Of a stretch of DNA of 64,000 nt, positions 37,963-48,351 are shown one piece after another; the stretch's first letter is position 1; every line of letters begins with the position of its first letter. Source of the DNA: a virus (lineage: Duplodnaviria; Caudoviricetes); IMG/VR virus record IMGVR_UViG_3300001594_000003, positions 64,001 through 128,000 of that record. One strand, 5' to 3'. Both the position numbers and the translations under genes were made by a program. The notes beneath the pieces were generated by a model. It was given only the letters and a program-made list of their open reading frames with translations, ran no database searches and was not told where the DNA came from.

Positions 37963-38640
37963 TTATCCCTTATCGATGAGTGCTTCTACTTCTTGAGCCA
38001 TAACCATAGCGCACTGCGGAATGCGAGTGAACCCTTCTGGAATGTCGTACAGTCGCTCTTTCGTTGTGCGGATGAACAAGCCCATTGCTAACGGCCAAAC
38101 ACGAACTGGAACCACACGGGTGATACCATTGTCGTTGAAGGTACCCGCTTGTTGGAACAGACCGATCTCATTCAGAATGAAGTCAGTTACTTCCACAAGA
38201 GGACCTGCGTCTTCGCTGAGCTTCTGCAAGTCCATGTGCAACTCACGTCCGCGTGCAGTGCGACGGTTTGGTTTGGCTGCAAACATCGTATGGCCGCTGG
38301 AGTCGTAGTCGTAGACCTTATCCGTCTTGCGATTGCAGAACTCCAGTGCCGGATGCCCTGCTTTCAAGTCTTGCTGGAAAATCAATCCGATTACGTGAAG
38401 TCCGCGGAACGGATTCCAAGTAGTAGCCACATCGTATGCGTCATACTTTTCAGCGACAACGCGATTCGTTTCGGCCAGCTTGTTTTTGTGGGCTTGCGCT
38501 TGTGCGACGATAGGGTCGAAGTTGAAGTCAGGGTTGTACCAATACTGGTAGACTTCGTTTTCGTTAATCAGCCCTGCCGTAGTCAGCGACTTGAACAGCT
38601 TCCGCAGGGAAGCATCCACTTTGTTGGATCGAGCGTTCAT
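37963..38640 (-). CDS. Hypothetical protein
   Basis: ORF track, ATGA coupling. Confidence 0.75.
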   Translation of the reverse strand: MNARSNKVDASLRKLFKSLTTAGLINENEVYQYWYNPDFNFDPIVAQAQAHKNKLAETNRVVAEKYDAYDVATTWNPFRGLHVIGLIFQQDLKAGHPALEFCNRKTDKVYDYDSSGHTMFAAKPNRRTARGRELHMDLQKLSEDAGPLVEVTDFILNEIGLFQQAGTFNDNGITRVVPVRVWPLAMGLFIRTTKERLYDIPEGFTRIPQCAMVMAQEVEALIDKG

Positions 38641-39083
38641 TGCTTTTTCTCCAGTCCGTAATACGGTGAATTGGCAAGATCATGTGCGAGTGATTGAGGG
38701 TTCTCCAAGTCATGCTCGCCGAGCGGCAACTTGAAGTCGGTGTATCCCTTACGCAGCAACTCGTTAACCTCGTCCAACATGCGTGCAGTGTAGCTTCCTG
38801 GAGTTACATGATCACGATGCAGGGTGAAGTCTTCTGCGCACGCTACTCCATGCTCCATCGCAGATCGCAGGAACTGCAATGCGTTCAGCTCCTTTTGATT
38901 GCGATACTGCTGCGCATCAGTGGTGCACAGGTCGTTGATCCGGTTTACGACCTGCGCCAACAATGGAGTACCGTTGATTTTCAACAGCGCTGTCTTGCAC
39001 ACGCGGATATTGTGTCTGCTGCCTGACTGCAAAGCCCTGCGGATCAACTGCATGGTTTCGTCATCGACGATGTGGCACTTCAT
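38637..39083 (-). CDS. Hypothetical protein
   Basis: ATGA coupling. Confidence 0.7.
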   Translation of the reverse strand: MKCHIVDDETMQLIRRALQSGSRHNIRVCKTALLKINGTPLLAQVVNRINDLCTTDAQQYRNQKELNALQFLRSAMEHGVACAEDFTLHRDHVTPGSYTARMLDEVNELLRKGYTDFKLPLGEHDLENPQSLAHDLANSPYYGLEKKQ

Positions 39084-39601
39084 ACAAGCTCCTCATCTAT
39101 GGTGTGTCCGACGCCAGCCAATTGCATGTGTGCGCAGTAGGGACAGTGATACATGCCGATGGGTTGACCAAGCAGAAGCTCGGGATGTTCGGGACAGGGA
39201 AAGTCGGCATCACGAAACACACGCACAACAACAGCTTCTGCGAGCCCGTCATAGCCAGGAGCAGAAAACCCAAACATACAATGTGCGAAGTGCATGTTTT
39301 GATTGCGGACAAACGAACGCAATTCACCAAGATAGTCTTTGACGTCGGTGGTCAAAGCAGAACTCACCTCTGCCGGTGAACCGAAGAACGTAAACACTAG
39401 ATCAAGCGCTTCGACTTCCGGAGCTGGCACCTTGCCGAACGCCATAGTACCGTTGAAGTAGCTAACGGGAACAATGCTGGCATCTGGCACCAAAACAGCG
39501 TCGAATCGAACGTGAGGACTGTTCGACTTGAGTTCCTCAAACGTGATGCCGTTGAAAGTCAGTTCGCGCTTGTCGCCGTTAAATTCCGTTGTGATGCTCA
39601 T
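39080..39601 (-). CDS. Hypothetical protein with C-terminal Cys/His motif
   Basis: FPCPEHP..GMYHCPYC..H. Confidence 0.7.
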   Translation of the reverse strand: MSITTEFNGDKRELTFNGITFEELKSNSPHVRFDAVLVPDASIVPVSYFNGTMAFGKVPAPEVEALDLVFTFFGSPAEVSSALTTDVKDYLGELRSFVRNQNMHFAHCMFGFSAPGYDGLAEAVVVRVFRDADFPCPEHPELLLGQPIGMYHCPYCAHMQLAGVGHTIDEELV

Positions 39602-40119
39602 GCCATCTTCCCCTTGCCGATTTGCGCTGCTACGCGCTTCAGGACCACATCAACGTCGAAGCATTCATTGCCTTCGTTCCACTGTATTGCAGTAAGGCAC
39701 TCAGAATCCGCGTGCATTGCGTACAGGCGTTTCAGTGCAATCTGACGAAACATGCGACGTAAGCAGCCGTTTATACTGGTATCACCTACCGTAATGTGAC
39801 GAATGTATGCCGCAACTCGGGTTCCAGTTTTCTCGCCGTTGACGTATGTTGGTACGCGCTCACTAACCAGATTACCAAACTTGAAGTTGACTAAACGGTG
39901 CATTCCGTCACGTGGACTGTAGACGAAAGCGTAGTTCGGACAGACCTCATTGAGCATCTGTTGAATACGCTCCGGTTCTGGAATTGGCAACACATACAAC
40001 AGCGCATCCTTGACTTTCAGTTCATCGCCTTCATGTGTTATGGTTTTGGACTTATACTTGACGAAAGAACCTACTTTAATGTCGCCGACTTCTTTAACGA
40101 TGATACCATGATTCGCCAT
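39598..40119 (-). CDS. Hypothetical protein
   Basis: Coupled overlaps. Confidence 0.7.
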   Translation of the reverse strand: MANHGIIVKEVGDIKVGSFVKYKSKTITHEGDELKVKDALLYVLPIPEPERIQQMLNEVCPNYAFVYSPRDGMHRLVNFKFGNLVSERVPTYVNGEKTGTRVAAYIRHITVGDTSINGCLRRMFRQIALKRLYAMHADSECLTAIQWNEGNECFDVDVVLKRVAAQIGKGKMA

Positions 40120-40601
40120 TACTGCTCATCCAGCAAGTTTGACGGAATGAACGGGTCTGCCAGTTTCAATTGGCTGGCATACTTAATGCCGTCGTTGTAA
40201 GCAAAGACCACTTCAACTTTTTCTTCAACGCTATGTGAGATTTCAAGCGCTTGGGCAAGTGCAGCAGCCTGATGTGGGATAGCGTTTTCCGCGACGTAGA
40301 CGACGCGACGAACAAACGGTACCGACAGCACGGTTTCAAGCAAAGCCTGATCGAAATGCGAGTGGACGATCAAAACCTCAGTACATAGCGTATCACACAG
40401 CGTTCCAGTATCGGCCACCGTAAGTGGTCCGTTTACGCCCTTTAGCTTACGAAGAATGGACCGATAGGCGGGGCCCATATTGGCATCACTGATCAAGAGG
40501 CATACATCATCGTGCTGCAATTTGCTTGCTGCAAACTGCACAACCATGTCCTCGAAGGAAGATTCAGCAAACATAGAAACTAGCGCTTTGAACAGGTTCA
40601 T
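40119..40601 (-). CDS. Hypothetical protein
   Basis: TAATG coupling. Confidence 0.7.
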   Translation of the reverse strand: MNLFKALVSMFAESSFEDMVVQFAASKLQHDDVCLLISDANMGPAYRSILRKLKGVNGPLTVADTGTLCDTLCTEVLIVHSHFDQALLETVLSVPFVRRVVYVAENAIPHQAAALAQALEISHSVEEKVEVVFAYNDGIKYASQLKLADPFIPSNLLDEQ

Positions 40602-40633
40602 AGTGTTTTACTCGTTATGGTTCAAAAAGGAGT

Positions 40634-41227
40634 TTATACTTTGGGTTTGTGATTGTCAGGCGCCCAGATGGCAAAGTTCTTCATGTGCGATTCGATTTCC
40701 TCAAAAGTGAAGAAACGATGCTCGGCGTGGTTGTCGATACCTACGTCTAACCGCTTACCTCTAACTGGCATTGATCCGTGACAATGTCCGTGAAGATGCC
40801 ACGACCCGTAGTGACTGCGATTCCAGACTTCAAACGGATAATGACTCATCACAATTTCTTGGCCGTTAACTTTGACTTTGCGATAGTCTCCTACAAAAAG
40901 GACCCGAGACAGGTTTGCTTTCTGAACCTTCGCCCAGAGTCTCGGGTCATCGTGATTACCTAGAATGAACACCTTGTTACCGTTCAAGCATTCGATTAGC
41001 TGGAGCAGCGTTTCAATGCCGCTCTGAGGCAAGAAGGCAAAATCACCCAGACTGAATGTTGTATCGCCCGGTTTGACCGTGGTGTTCCACTTGTCGATCA
41101 GACGTTCTGTGTTTTCGTCGTTCGTCCATGGGCGCTTGTTGAAAGTGCAAACGCTTTTGTGGAAGAAGTGCAGGTCCGACGTGTAATACGTTTCTTGCAT
41201 CCTTAATTCCTTAAGCGGAAAAAGCAT
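40634..41227 (-). CDS. Calcineurin-like metallophosphoesterase
   Basis: SDLHFFH, LGDF, GNHD, SHYP, LHGHCH, DVGID. Confidence 0.9.
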   Translation of the reverse strand: MLFPLKELRMQETYYTSDLHFFHKSVCTFNKRPWTNDENTERLIDKWNTTVKPGDTTFSLGDFAFLPQSGIETLLQLIECLNGNKVFILGNHDDPRLWAKVQKANLSRVLFVGDYRKVKVNGQEIVMSHYPFEVWNRSHYGSWHLHGHCHGSMPVRGKRLDVGIDNHAEHRFFTFEEIESHMKNFAIWAPDNHKPKV

Positions 41228-41792
41228 AACCTTCTAGGTCTTCGTAGAATGCGCGATTGATTTCTTCATCGTATTCTGCTTGGGCCTTACGTCGGTTACG
41301 CTTTGTACTTGCCATTGCTTGTTTGATTAGGCGAACGAATCGCTTCTTGTTTACACAAACAAGACCATATTGATCTGGGCACAAACACTGCAACTTCTCG
41401 GTGATCGCGTACAGGTCATACACATGGTCGCGCGTGGTCAGTCGAGTCATCGTGCTGACTTTCCAGCGAACAAGAGACTCCAAATGACCGCTATACTTGT
41501 TCGGAGATTTGCGATCTGGACGGCAGACAACAGGCGGCTTCGTATAGTACACGTAGTGGAAGGTGTTTTCCTTACCGTCACCTCGTTTGATGATCTTCTT
41601 AACGAATCGAATGTGGTACGCGTCTGCGTTGCCTGTAAGTTCGCACTTACGGTCAAGTAGAACGATCCAGCTATCATAGCCGTTAGACTCGACTGCGATA
41701 ACATTGGCTTCGAAGGCTGGTTTCATTCCAGTGTCGATCACAACACGAGTACCAGCAGGGAAGTGACCGCGGTTGAATGTCTTCTCTTTCAT
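41211..41792 (-). CDS. Hypothetical protein
   Basis: GAGGAG RBS. Confidence 0.7.
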   Translation of the reverse strand: MKEKTFNRGHFPAGTRVVIDTGMKPAFEANVIAVESNGYDSWIVLLDRKCELTGNADAYHIRFVKKIIKRGDGKENTFHYVYYTKPPVVCRPDRKSPNKYSGHLESLVRWKVSTMTRLTTRDHVYDLYAITEKLQCLCPDQYGLVCVNKKRFVRLIKQAMASTKRNRRKAQAEYDEEINRAFYEDLEGYAFSA

Positions 41793-41802
41793 TTGCTGCT
41801 CC

Positions 41803-42309
41803 TCAAACCAGCTCTGGGATCATGTGACGTGGTACGTATTTCCACAATTGGTCATACGGCACTTCGATGTGCATCTGCGGTACCGAGGTGAGTACACTCT
41901 TGTCCATGTCAACTTGCGACTCGAACTTCGGTACAACATAGGCTATACGCTTCTCACCGCGATCTTCAACAGAAGAAACAAACACAACGGTCATTGGAGG
42001 AAGCATCGCGTCCGCGCCGTACGGCTGAGGTGATATCAAATACGCAAAGCTGCCATCCGTCACGCCATCCAGAATATGCTTACGCAACTTTGGATGCTTG
42101 CGCATAGACAGGGCTGCTCTGATCTGACGGCGATTGTGCTTCCAGTGGTCCAATAGAAGCAACGCAAACAGAACGAGGAAGAACGCCATCACTAGGAAGA
42201 TCGCAATGTCCTTTGTGTTTAGAATCTCATAAAGAGAAAGCAGGCGATTACCCATATAGCCGGACGTGATGGCGTAGGCAAGAACTGCGGATACGACTAC
42301 GTTAAACAT
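41803..42309 (-). CDS. Membrane protein (2 TM)
   Basis: Two hydrophobic N-terminal segments. Confidence 0.7.
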   Translation of the reverse strand: MFNVVVSAVLAYAITSGYMGNRLLSLYEILNTKDIAIFLVMAFFLVLFALLLLDHWKHNRRQIRAALSMRKHPKLRKHILDGVTDGSFAYLISPQPYGADAMLPPMTVVFVSSVEDRGEKRIAYVVPKFESQVDMDKSVLTSVPQMHIEVPYDQLWKYVPRHMIPELV

Positions 42310-42311
42310 GC

Positions 42312-42887
42312 TTAGAATTCCTTTTTATAGAGCCAGCTTGCACAGGACTTGGGTTCGTAGTTACCGTTACGCATACGAAGTATTCTGGTAAGCGTAGATT
42401 CGGGCAGCTTCCGATGATCAATATGACCGATTGTACCAACGCTGGGCCATTTGGTTTGCGGATTCACGACCAGCGGTTCAAACCATTGCTTAGTCGAGAA
42501 CGACATACCACCACGGTTACCAAAACTCATCTGACTGGTCTCAGACTTCATGTTGTACAAAGAGTCAAACACAAACATCTGCCTGTCGCCGGGAGTCTTG
42601 TACTCATCCAGAAACTCTTGAATCGCCTCAGAGCGCTCAGGCATTAAACGCTCCTTCAGCAGGAACAGCGACAACTCTCGATTCAGATCGGGTTCCGAGT
42701 TGTATAAGATTGGCCTGAATGCCGGTTCCGGCTTCTTACGGAAAGTGGGAGTACATTGAGGAGTAGATAGAACCATCATTGTGTTTTCTTTGAAGGTTCT
42801 CGTCAACGCTCGATATAACTCATCCTCATTAGGGTAAACGGCAGTTTCCGTAACCATCCTCATCAGTTCGTCTATGTACTCATCCAT
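42312..42887 (-). CDS. Hypothetical protein
   Basis: ORF track. Confidence 0.65.
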   Translation of the reverse strand: MDEYIDELMRMVTETAVYPNEDELYRALTRTFKENTMMVLSTPQCTPTFRKKPEPAFRPILYNSEPDLNRELSLFLLKERLMPERSEAIQEFLDEYKTPGDRQMFVFDSLYNMKSETSQMSFGNRGGMSFSTKQWFEPLVVNPQTKWPSVGTIGHIDHRKLPESTLTRILRMRNGNYEPKSCASWLYKKEF

Positions 42888-43506
42888 CTGGATTCTCCAT
42901 TCGAGTGAATCGATCCTCTACGACAGTCGTAGGTTCGTTCAGGATATCTTCCAATGTGTACGCCGGTCGTATTGTCCTACGATTCTCACGAAAGATGCGT
43001 GCGCTGACCGGCAGTGTTTGTTCTAGCAATTCCCTTCCGTTACTTGCTACCCAGAAGAAACACTCGAAATCCTGATCAGCGCAGATCATTATTGTCTTTG
43101 GTTTGGCTGGACTCACTGGCACTACTGTAGACGGTACAGTGAACTGCCAGTTTTGCAATTGGGCAAGTAGCCACTCCTCTTGACGCTCACGCACAAGATA
43201 GTGCATGACGAAGTGCTCGGTAAACTCTTTTTGAGAGGCGTTGTTGAGCATACAACCTTTCATGAGTTTGACGCTGCCAAATATCTTGCGTCGTCGGCAG
43301 TTGATAAACCTCAACAACGCATCAGGCAGAACACCATCGCTGAGTGTCCAAGGCAATTGAACTGCTCTGAGGAAAGTTTTTAGTGATCCGTTTTCTTTCC
43401 AGTTGCGACGTGGTGGTATTGTAGCTTGTTGGACAAGGTGCATGTTTGTACGCTCCGTTGCATGTTCGTGTGTTGCCCTATATTTTCTTGGTTGTCGTAT
43501 ACTCAC
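42880..43506 (-). CDS. Hypothetical protein
   Basis: ORF track. Confidence 0.65.
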   Translation of the reverse strand: MSIRQPRKYRATHEHATERTNMHLVQQATIPPRRNWKENGSLKTFLRAVQLPWTLSDGVLPDALLRFINCRRRKIFGSVKLMKGCMLNNASQKEFTEHFVMHYLVRERQEEWLLAQLQNWQFTVPSTVVPVSPAKPKTIMICADQDFECFFWVASNGRELLEQTLPVSARIFRENRRTIRPAYTLEDILNEPTTVVEDRFTRMENPDG

Positions 43507-44047
43507 CAGTCCATGGTATTACTGCGGCTAGTTGAAGATCGTTTTTCGATGCCCCCATCGCTACGATCTTTCGCTGCGTGTCAAAATCAAGTTCAGGTAC
43601 CTCCACAGTAAGCGGTCGTTCAAGGCTGATCATATTGTATCGTGCTTCAACTGCATATACGAATGCCAGGTGATACCCGTACTTGATAATGGAGAATGCT
43701 TTCTGCTTACGTTTGCTTTTGCCTTCCTCTTTATAGTTGAGAACTGCTACTACGTCCGCATACGGCCTTCCATTACGCTTTCCTGCAGAAACAAACACTC
43801 CAGGTACGGACTTGCTTTTCGCGTGTCTCGTTCTGGGTCTGCCGCTGCCATAATCTTTAGAAGTCAGACCTAATTCGCGCTCACGTTTATTACGCCAGCG
43901 CTTCGCTTGCTGTAGTGCAATTTCTCTGCCGAGTTTCTTGGTGCTGAACCAAGCCTTGTCTTTAACGTCACCGTAAAAACGCACTTGAAATCCTGGTCGA
44001 GCACCGGTACGTACTTCTGTTATACGGCGCATCGACATATCAGGCAT
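43478..44047 (-). CDS. AP2-like DNA-binding protein
   Basis: FSTKKLGREIALQQAKRWRN and KAFSIIKYGYHLAFVYAVEAR. Confidence 0.7.
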   Translation of the reverse strand: MPDMSMRRITEVRTGARPGFQVRFYGDVKDKAWFSTKKLGREIALQQAKRWRNKRERELGLTSKDYGSGRPRTRHAKSKSVPGVFVSAGKRNGRPYADVVAVLNYKEEGKSKRKQKAFSIIKYGYHLAFVYAVEARYNMISLERPLTVEVPELDFDTQRKIVAMGASKNDLQLAAVIPWTGEYTTTKKI

Positions 44048-44459
44048 AAGTTTCCTGCAAATCTACTTCGTTATTGCCATCCCTTCTTTTCTGCGCATCC
44101 CATGCTTCGCTAAGAGCTTGTTTGCTCGGAAAACCGCTATGAAAGAACTTCACAAACTCATCCAGATCGATAACGGCTGGATTGTTTTTCAACTTCATGT
44201 GAAACAGAGCGTGAACGTACAACGCAACGGCACCAGGTGTGGATTCTGCGAGAGTGCCAAGAATCAACAGGATAACCCGATCGTCAACGTTGAGTGCAAG
44301 TACGTCCAGTCGCTTGCGGATGACCTTGTAAAGAAACTCATCGGATACATCAGCGATGGCCTGCTTGATCGAGTCTTCGGGCAGCAAGTACAAACCCATG
44401 AGCATCTGAGTCTGCTCGTTGGTCATTGGGGTCTGCGCATATTCATACAGAGGTTTCAT
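44040..44459 (-). CDS. Hypothetical protein
   Basis: Start MKPLY after AAGGA. Confidence 0.7.
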   Translation of the reverse strand: MKPLYEYAQTPMTNEQTQMLMGLYLLPEDSIKQAIADVSDEFLYKVIRKRLDVLALNVDDRVILLILGTLAESTPGAVALYVHALFHMKLKNNPAVIDLDEFVKFFHSGFPSKQALSEAWDAQKRRDGNNEVDLQETYA

Positions 44460-44460
44460 T

Positions 44461-44814
44461 TCAGTTCCTTTCCGTAAGTTCATCAAAAGCTGCAATTGCA
44501 GTCGGGATAGATTCGACGCGCAGCTTGTCTGTCACAACAGAGAAGCCTTCAGTTTCGGTTGGAAACAAACAGGCAGCTACGCGCAAAGCATCCCCGTAAG
44601 TGCAGTAGACGTGCGCCACAGGACGAAGGCCAACACCGTCATCCAGCATGATCAACCATGAACCTGCATCGTCTAGCTGATATTCAAACTCCATTAACTC
44701 ACTAACGAGAGCTTGGATGCGTTCCTCGTCCACTGCTTCCGAATCGAAGACTGACTCCAGTTGGGTTGCTATCAGAGAAGCAAGACGGAGATAAGCTGGG
44801 ATTCGAGTAGGCAT
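44461..44814 (-). CDS. Hypothetical protein
   Basis: Start MPTRIP after AAGGAGG. Confidence 0.7.
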   Translation of the reverse strand: MPTRIPAYLRLASLIATQLESVFDSEAVDEERIQALVSELMEFEYQLDDAGSWLIMLDDGVGLRPVAHVYCTYGDALRVAACLFPTETEGFSVVTDKLRVESIPTAIAAFDELTERN

Positions 44815-44824
44815 GATTACCTCC

Positions 44825-45640
44825 TTAATTGTGCATGGTCCATACCAGATGATCGGAGTTATTGTTCTCATGGTTCATAACCGCCCACCGACAGATGCGC
44901 GAGTACAGCTTCTGCGCCTGCTTCGTGTCACGATTGGTAGAACCGCCAGGGCGATCGCTGGCCTTGAGAACCTCAAACAGAGAGAAGATGGACGCAACTT
45001 CTGGAATCGACTTCAAATCCGTTTCATTGCGCTTCTCGTTCAGCATCTGCACAGTGCCGAGAATCTTTCCGAGCGAACCATACAGGCTTTCGAGATCGGT
45101 CATGTCCTGCAATCTAGGTTGAAACAGGGTGTCTTCCTGTTCTGCAATCTGTTCCGCCATCAGCGCGAATCGAAGCGCCTGTATTGCAGACTTGCCGTTG
45201 AATTCCTTGTTGCGCTTCGGATACAAGTTGGCAGCAGCAAGATCAAGGAAGACGCGCCATACTGCACCGGCATTGTAATGAGCAAGGATCAGTTCATCCA
45301 GCTTTTGCAGTGATCCATCGTGAGCGTATACCAAAGGACTACGGAAGGCTTCGATGGTGCTGGCATCGCTACGCACGATGTTACCGATGACCTTGCGCAT
45401 TTCCATTGCCTGTACGTCTACGCAGATATCGTTGATGGTAAACGACTCACGGAATGTATCGAGACCATCCAGTAGATCACGCTTCCATGGAAGCTGCACA
45501 TAGAACGCCTTGATATCGTAGTCGCTTTGGTCGTTTGCATATCCCCAAGCACGACTGCCGATTTCTGCAACATAGTTGAAGCGTACACCGTGTACTTCCT
45601 CAAGGTTGCGCATCTGCTGTTTAAGTTGTTCGATGTTCAT
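44825..45640 (-). CDS. Pol-beta-superfamily nucleotidyltransferase (YcgL/RlaP-like)
   Basis: AEIGSRAWGYANDQSDYDIKAFYV..SPLVY. Confidence 0.85.
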   Translation of the reverse strand: MNIEQLKQQMRNLEEVHGVRFNYVAEIGSRAWGYANDQSDYDIKAFYVQLPWKRDLLDGLDTFRESFTINDICVDVQAMEMRKVIGNIVRSDASTIEAFRSPLVYAHDGSLQKLDELILAHYNAGAVWRVFLDLAAANLYPKRNKEFNGKSAIQALRFALMAEQIAEQEDTLFQPRLQDMTDLESLYGSLGKILGTVQMLNEKRNETDLKSIPEVASIFSLFEVLKASDRPGGSTNRDTKQAQKLYSRICRWAVMNHENNNSDHLVWTMHN

Positions 45641-45675
45641 TCTTTTCCTTAGCGCTATTCAGTCGTGTATGGAGA

Positions 45676-45727
45676 ATAAAAAGAACGGCAGGTCAAAAAG
45701 GAGCTTGGGAGCGGCTGACCTGCCGTT
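45676..45727 (-). terminator. Intrinsic terminator
   Basis: 12-bp stem AACGGCAGGTCA/TGACCTGCCGTT then CTTTTTATT. Confidence 0.75.
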
Positions 45728-45761
45728 GGGGAAAGCTGTTCTGCTTTACAGTTACCGAACG

Positions 45762-45995
45762 TCATATTTGAATGACTTCCGGTTCAATGCCGAAGTGTTC
45801 TCGGACGTACTCCTCTCCCATGCCTCGTGACACTTCCATACGTAGTGTCTGCGGGTGTCCTTCGTACGGCCAGACACCAAGCGGCAGAGAGGTTTCTATA
45901 CGAATCTGATCTGTACCTGAACCTGTGAGTACAGTGATCTTCGTGATCTTGAATGGAGGCGCCATGTCCAGTGACGCCTTGTTGCGCTTTGCCAT
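45762..45995 (-). CDS. Hypothetical protein
   Basis: ORF track. Confidence 0.7.
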   Translation of the reverse strand: MAKRNKASLDMAPPFKITKITVLTGSGTDQIRIETSLPLGVWPYEGHPQTLRMEVSRGMGEEYVREHFGIEPEVIQI

Positions 45996-45998
45996 TAG

Positions 45999-46379
45999 TT
46001 AATCCATTTTATTGATGTAGTGAGTCACCTTTTTGATCTTACCGAGATTGACGATCTTGGAGTCTTTCCGTTTCGTCGCTACGGCGAACATGCTGCCGTA
46101 CATGGCAGTTTCGGTGCTTGAAAACTTGAAGCCTGCCTCCTTTACAACGTCAGCGAACGTGTATTCTCCGTGCATCTTGGCTACAGCCAGCTTCATCAGA
46201 TCAGACACGACTTGCTGATTGCCGGACTCCTTCAAGATAGCGTCGGTGTCCTCGTATTCATGCAGGTATTTCTGAAAGCGGGCTGCGAGTTGGTTGGTGA
46301 ACGGCCTCGCAGCAATACCAGCTTCCTTGCTGAGTTTGGTTACTACTTCGTCTTCGACGACCATCACAAGAATTGCCAT
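45999..46379 (-). CDS. Hypothetical protein
   Basis: AAGGA RBS. Confidence 0.75.
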   Translation of the reverse strand: MAILVMVVEDEVVTKLSKEAGIAARPFTNQLAARFQKYLHEYEDTDAILKESGNQQVVSDLMKLAVAKMHGEYTFADVVKEAGFKFSSTETAMYGSMFAVATKRKDSKIVNLGKIKKVTHYINKMD

Positions 46380-46432
46380 GGTTTATTTTCCTTTATGTTT
46401 GGGTTTAGGTACTGTGCTTTACCGTATCGAGG

Positions 46433-47149
46433 TTACTCACCTCCACGCTTTGGGCGATCTAGCTTGCGACCGATGAAATGGTTGCTCAGTGCAGGGTGGA
46501 TTGGCATGTTGCGACGCAGGTGATCAATTGCTTGACCGACTGCCCAGCGAAACGCCATGTCTGCATTGAAGTCTGCTGCGGGCACACCAACAAACTCGTT
46601 GATGATGTATCCATTAGCTTCCAGCTTATCTGCGAGTTGGTTCTTGTCGAATACGACGCCGATGTTGTCATTGACGATGGAGAAGTCGTGCATCCACTGA
46701 GCGAGCTGGGGTTTGTCTTTAACCACTTCGTCAAACTTAGCCAGCAGTGCATCAGCTTCTGCTTGATCTTCCTTGTCCTTGATGGCGCGACGGCGCTGGT
46801 GTTCTGCGTAAGCAGGAGACGCTTCGTACTCCTCACGTGCCTTGTCCATTGTTGTTTTCCACAAAGACTCCATGTCATCAGGATTCATATCAGGAAGGAG
46901 AATGAGTTCGACGCCGTTTGCTTTCAAACAGAAAGCCATTGTCAGGTCCTTAGTATCTTGCAGATGTTTGAGTATCTTAACCATCTGCTGCATCGACACA
47001 GGAATGTTTGAACCTGCATGGAGCTCAACATACGCCTCAGAAGAATCAGCCAGCACGGACACTACGAAGAACTCAATACTCATGTGCAGTTCTTCTGCGG
47101 AACGTACAACCAGGTTCACCAACTCCTTGCGATTTACGACTTTGCTCAT
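46433..47149 (-). CDS. Hypothetical protein
   Basis: Start MSKVV. Confidence 0.75.
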   Translation of the reverse strand: MSKVVNRKELVNLVVRSAEELHMSIEFFVVSVLADSSEAYVELHAGSNIPVSMQQMVKILKHLQDTKDLTMAFCLKANGVELILLPDMNPDDMESLWKTTMDKAREEYEASPAYAEHQRRRAIKDKEDQAEADALLAKFDEVVKDKPQLAQWMHDFSIVNDNIGVVFDKNQLADKLEANGYIINEFVGVPAADFNADMAFRWAVGQAIDHLRRNMPIHPALSNHFIGRKLDRPKRGGE

Positions 47150-47218
47150 GTTCTTCCCTCTAGTATTAGACAACAAATAGGCGCAGAAGTTTGCGCCCCA
47201 TTACGAGGCCCGATTGAG

Positions 47219-48043
47219 TTAATCCCAGCGATCAATCAGGAACAGCCCAATTCCATTCGTAGTAGTGACACGCAAACGAATCGGCACGCTGCGGGTCTTG
47301 GACATACCAACGCCACAGACGTGATCGTCTTCGATGTAATCGTCAGGTCGAGTCTGCTCGGAGTATGCCTCGATAGTGGAGCGAATCGAGTGAAGGTCAC
47401 TGCGCAACATTTCAGGGAACAGGCACAGCGCGTTCAGTTGAATGTCTTTTGCACCATCCAATACAAACAGAACAATCTCTGGCATGTGCGGGAACGCTTC
47501 CTCATCGTCACGCTTCCACGGACTCAGAGTAACACCGAGAACATCCACGTACTCATCGGATTTGAGTCCCCACATAGAAGCATGGGAGCCGCCAGTGTAC
47601 GCGTACTGAGAGACAGGGTTGCGATCTTCTTCATTGTCCCACTGCAGGATCGGCTTGGCATCCTCGTGCGTTGCAGTCAGCATACCGTAGAATGGTTGGG
47701 AGCCACTGCCAACGTAGTGCTGGATGCGCACGGCGTTCGGCAAAATAGTACGACGGAACTTCTCCCACGTCATAGGTGTAGTACCTGACGTTTCAACCAA
47801 TTTGTTTGGAATACCTTTGTCTTTGGTACGCAGCTTGCCAAAGACACCCTCTGAAACTTTAATCTCTGGGCGCCAGATCATCTTGACTTCGTTGACGCCT
47901 GCAGGACGACGTGCGAGTGCCGACTCCAAACCGAGTTCAGCGATCAGCTTTTCAGCTTTACGCACGTTACCAGAAGAAGGTGCGGCAGCAAACGTTTCGA
48001 CAGAACGTACTTCGATACTACCAGTCGTTGCTTTAGTTGTCAT
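47219..48043 (-). CDS. Hypothetical protein
   Basis: 274 aa, GAGG RBS. Confidence 0.75.
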   Translation of the reverse strand: MTTKATTGSIEVRSVETFAAAPSSGNVRKAEKLIAELGLESALARRPAGVNEVKMIWRPEIKVSEGVFGKLRTKDKGIPNKLVETSGTTPMTWEKFRRTILPNAVRIQHYVGSGSQPFYGMLTATHEDAKPILQWDNEEDRNPVSQYAYTGGSHASMWGLKSDEYVDVLGVTLSPWKRDDEEAFPHMPEIVLFVLDGAKDIQLNALCLFPEMLRSDLHSIRSTIEAYSEQTRPDDYIEDDHVCGVGMSKTRSVPIRLRVTTTNGIGLFLIDRWD

Positions 48044-48057
48044 GTTGACCTCTACTG

Positions 48058-48351
48058 TTAGTCACGTAATACGGAAGTTGAATGGTGCAGAAATCGAATT
48101 GCGCGATCTTCGCCATAAACTTTGGCAAGATACTCTCGATCATACGAGTCGGTCGGTGCAGAGTCGATCTGCTGAGCGTGTCCTGCAACCGCGGTGATGG
48201 TGACGTTGTCCTGAACGAATCCAGAGTTGCTCAGTCGGGCGGCAGTCGTAAACAGGTGCGACAACACATTGGCTTGTGCCTGAGCTTGTTCTGGACTGAT
48301 GGCTTCTATCACTAGGTTAATCGGTACCGAGTACAAGCGCGGCATGCTCAT
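48058..48351 (-). CDS. Hypothetical protein
   Basis: ATGA coupling. Confidence 0.6.
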   Translation of the reverse strand: MSMPRLYSVPINLVIEAISPEQAQAQANVLSHLFTTAARLSNSGFVQDNVTITAVAGHAQQIDSAPTDSYDREYLAKVYGEDRAIRFLHHSTSVLRD

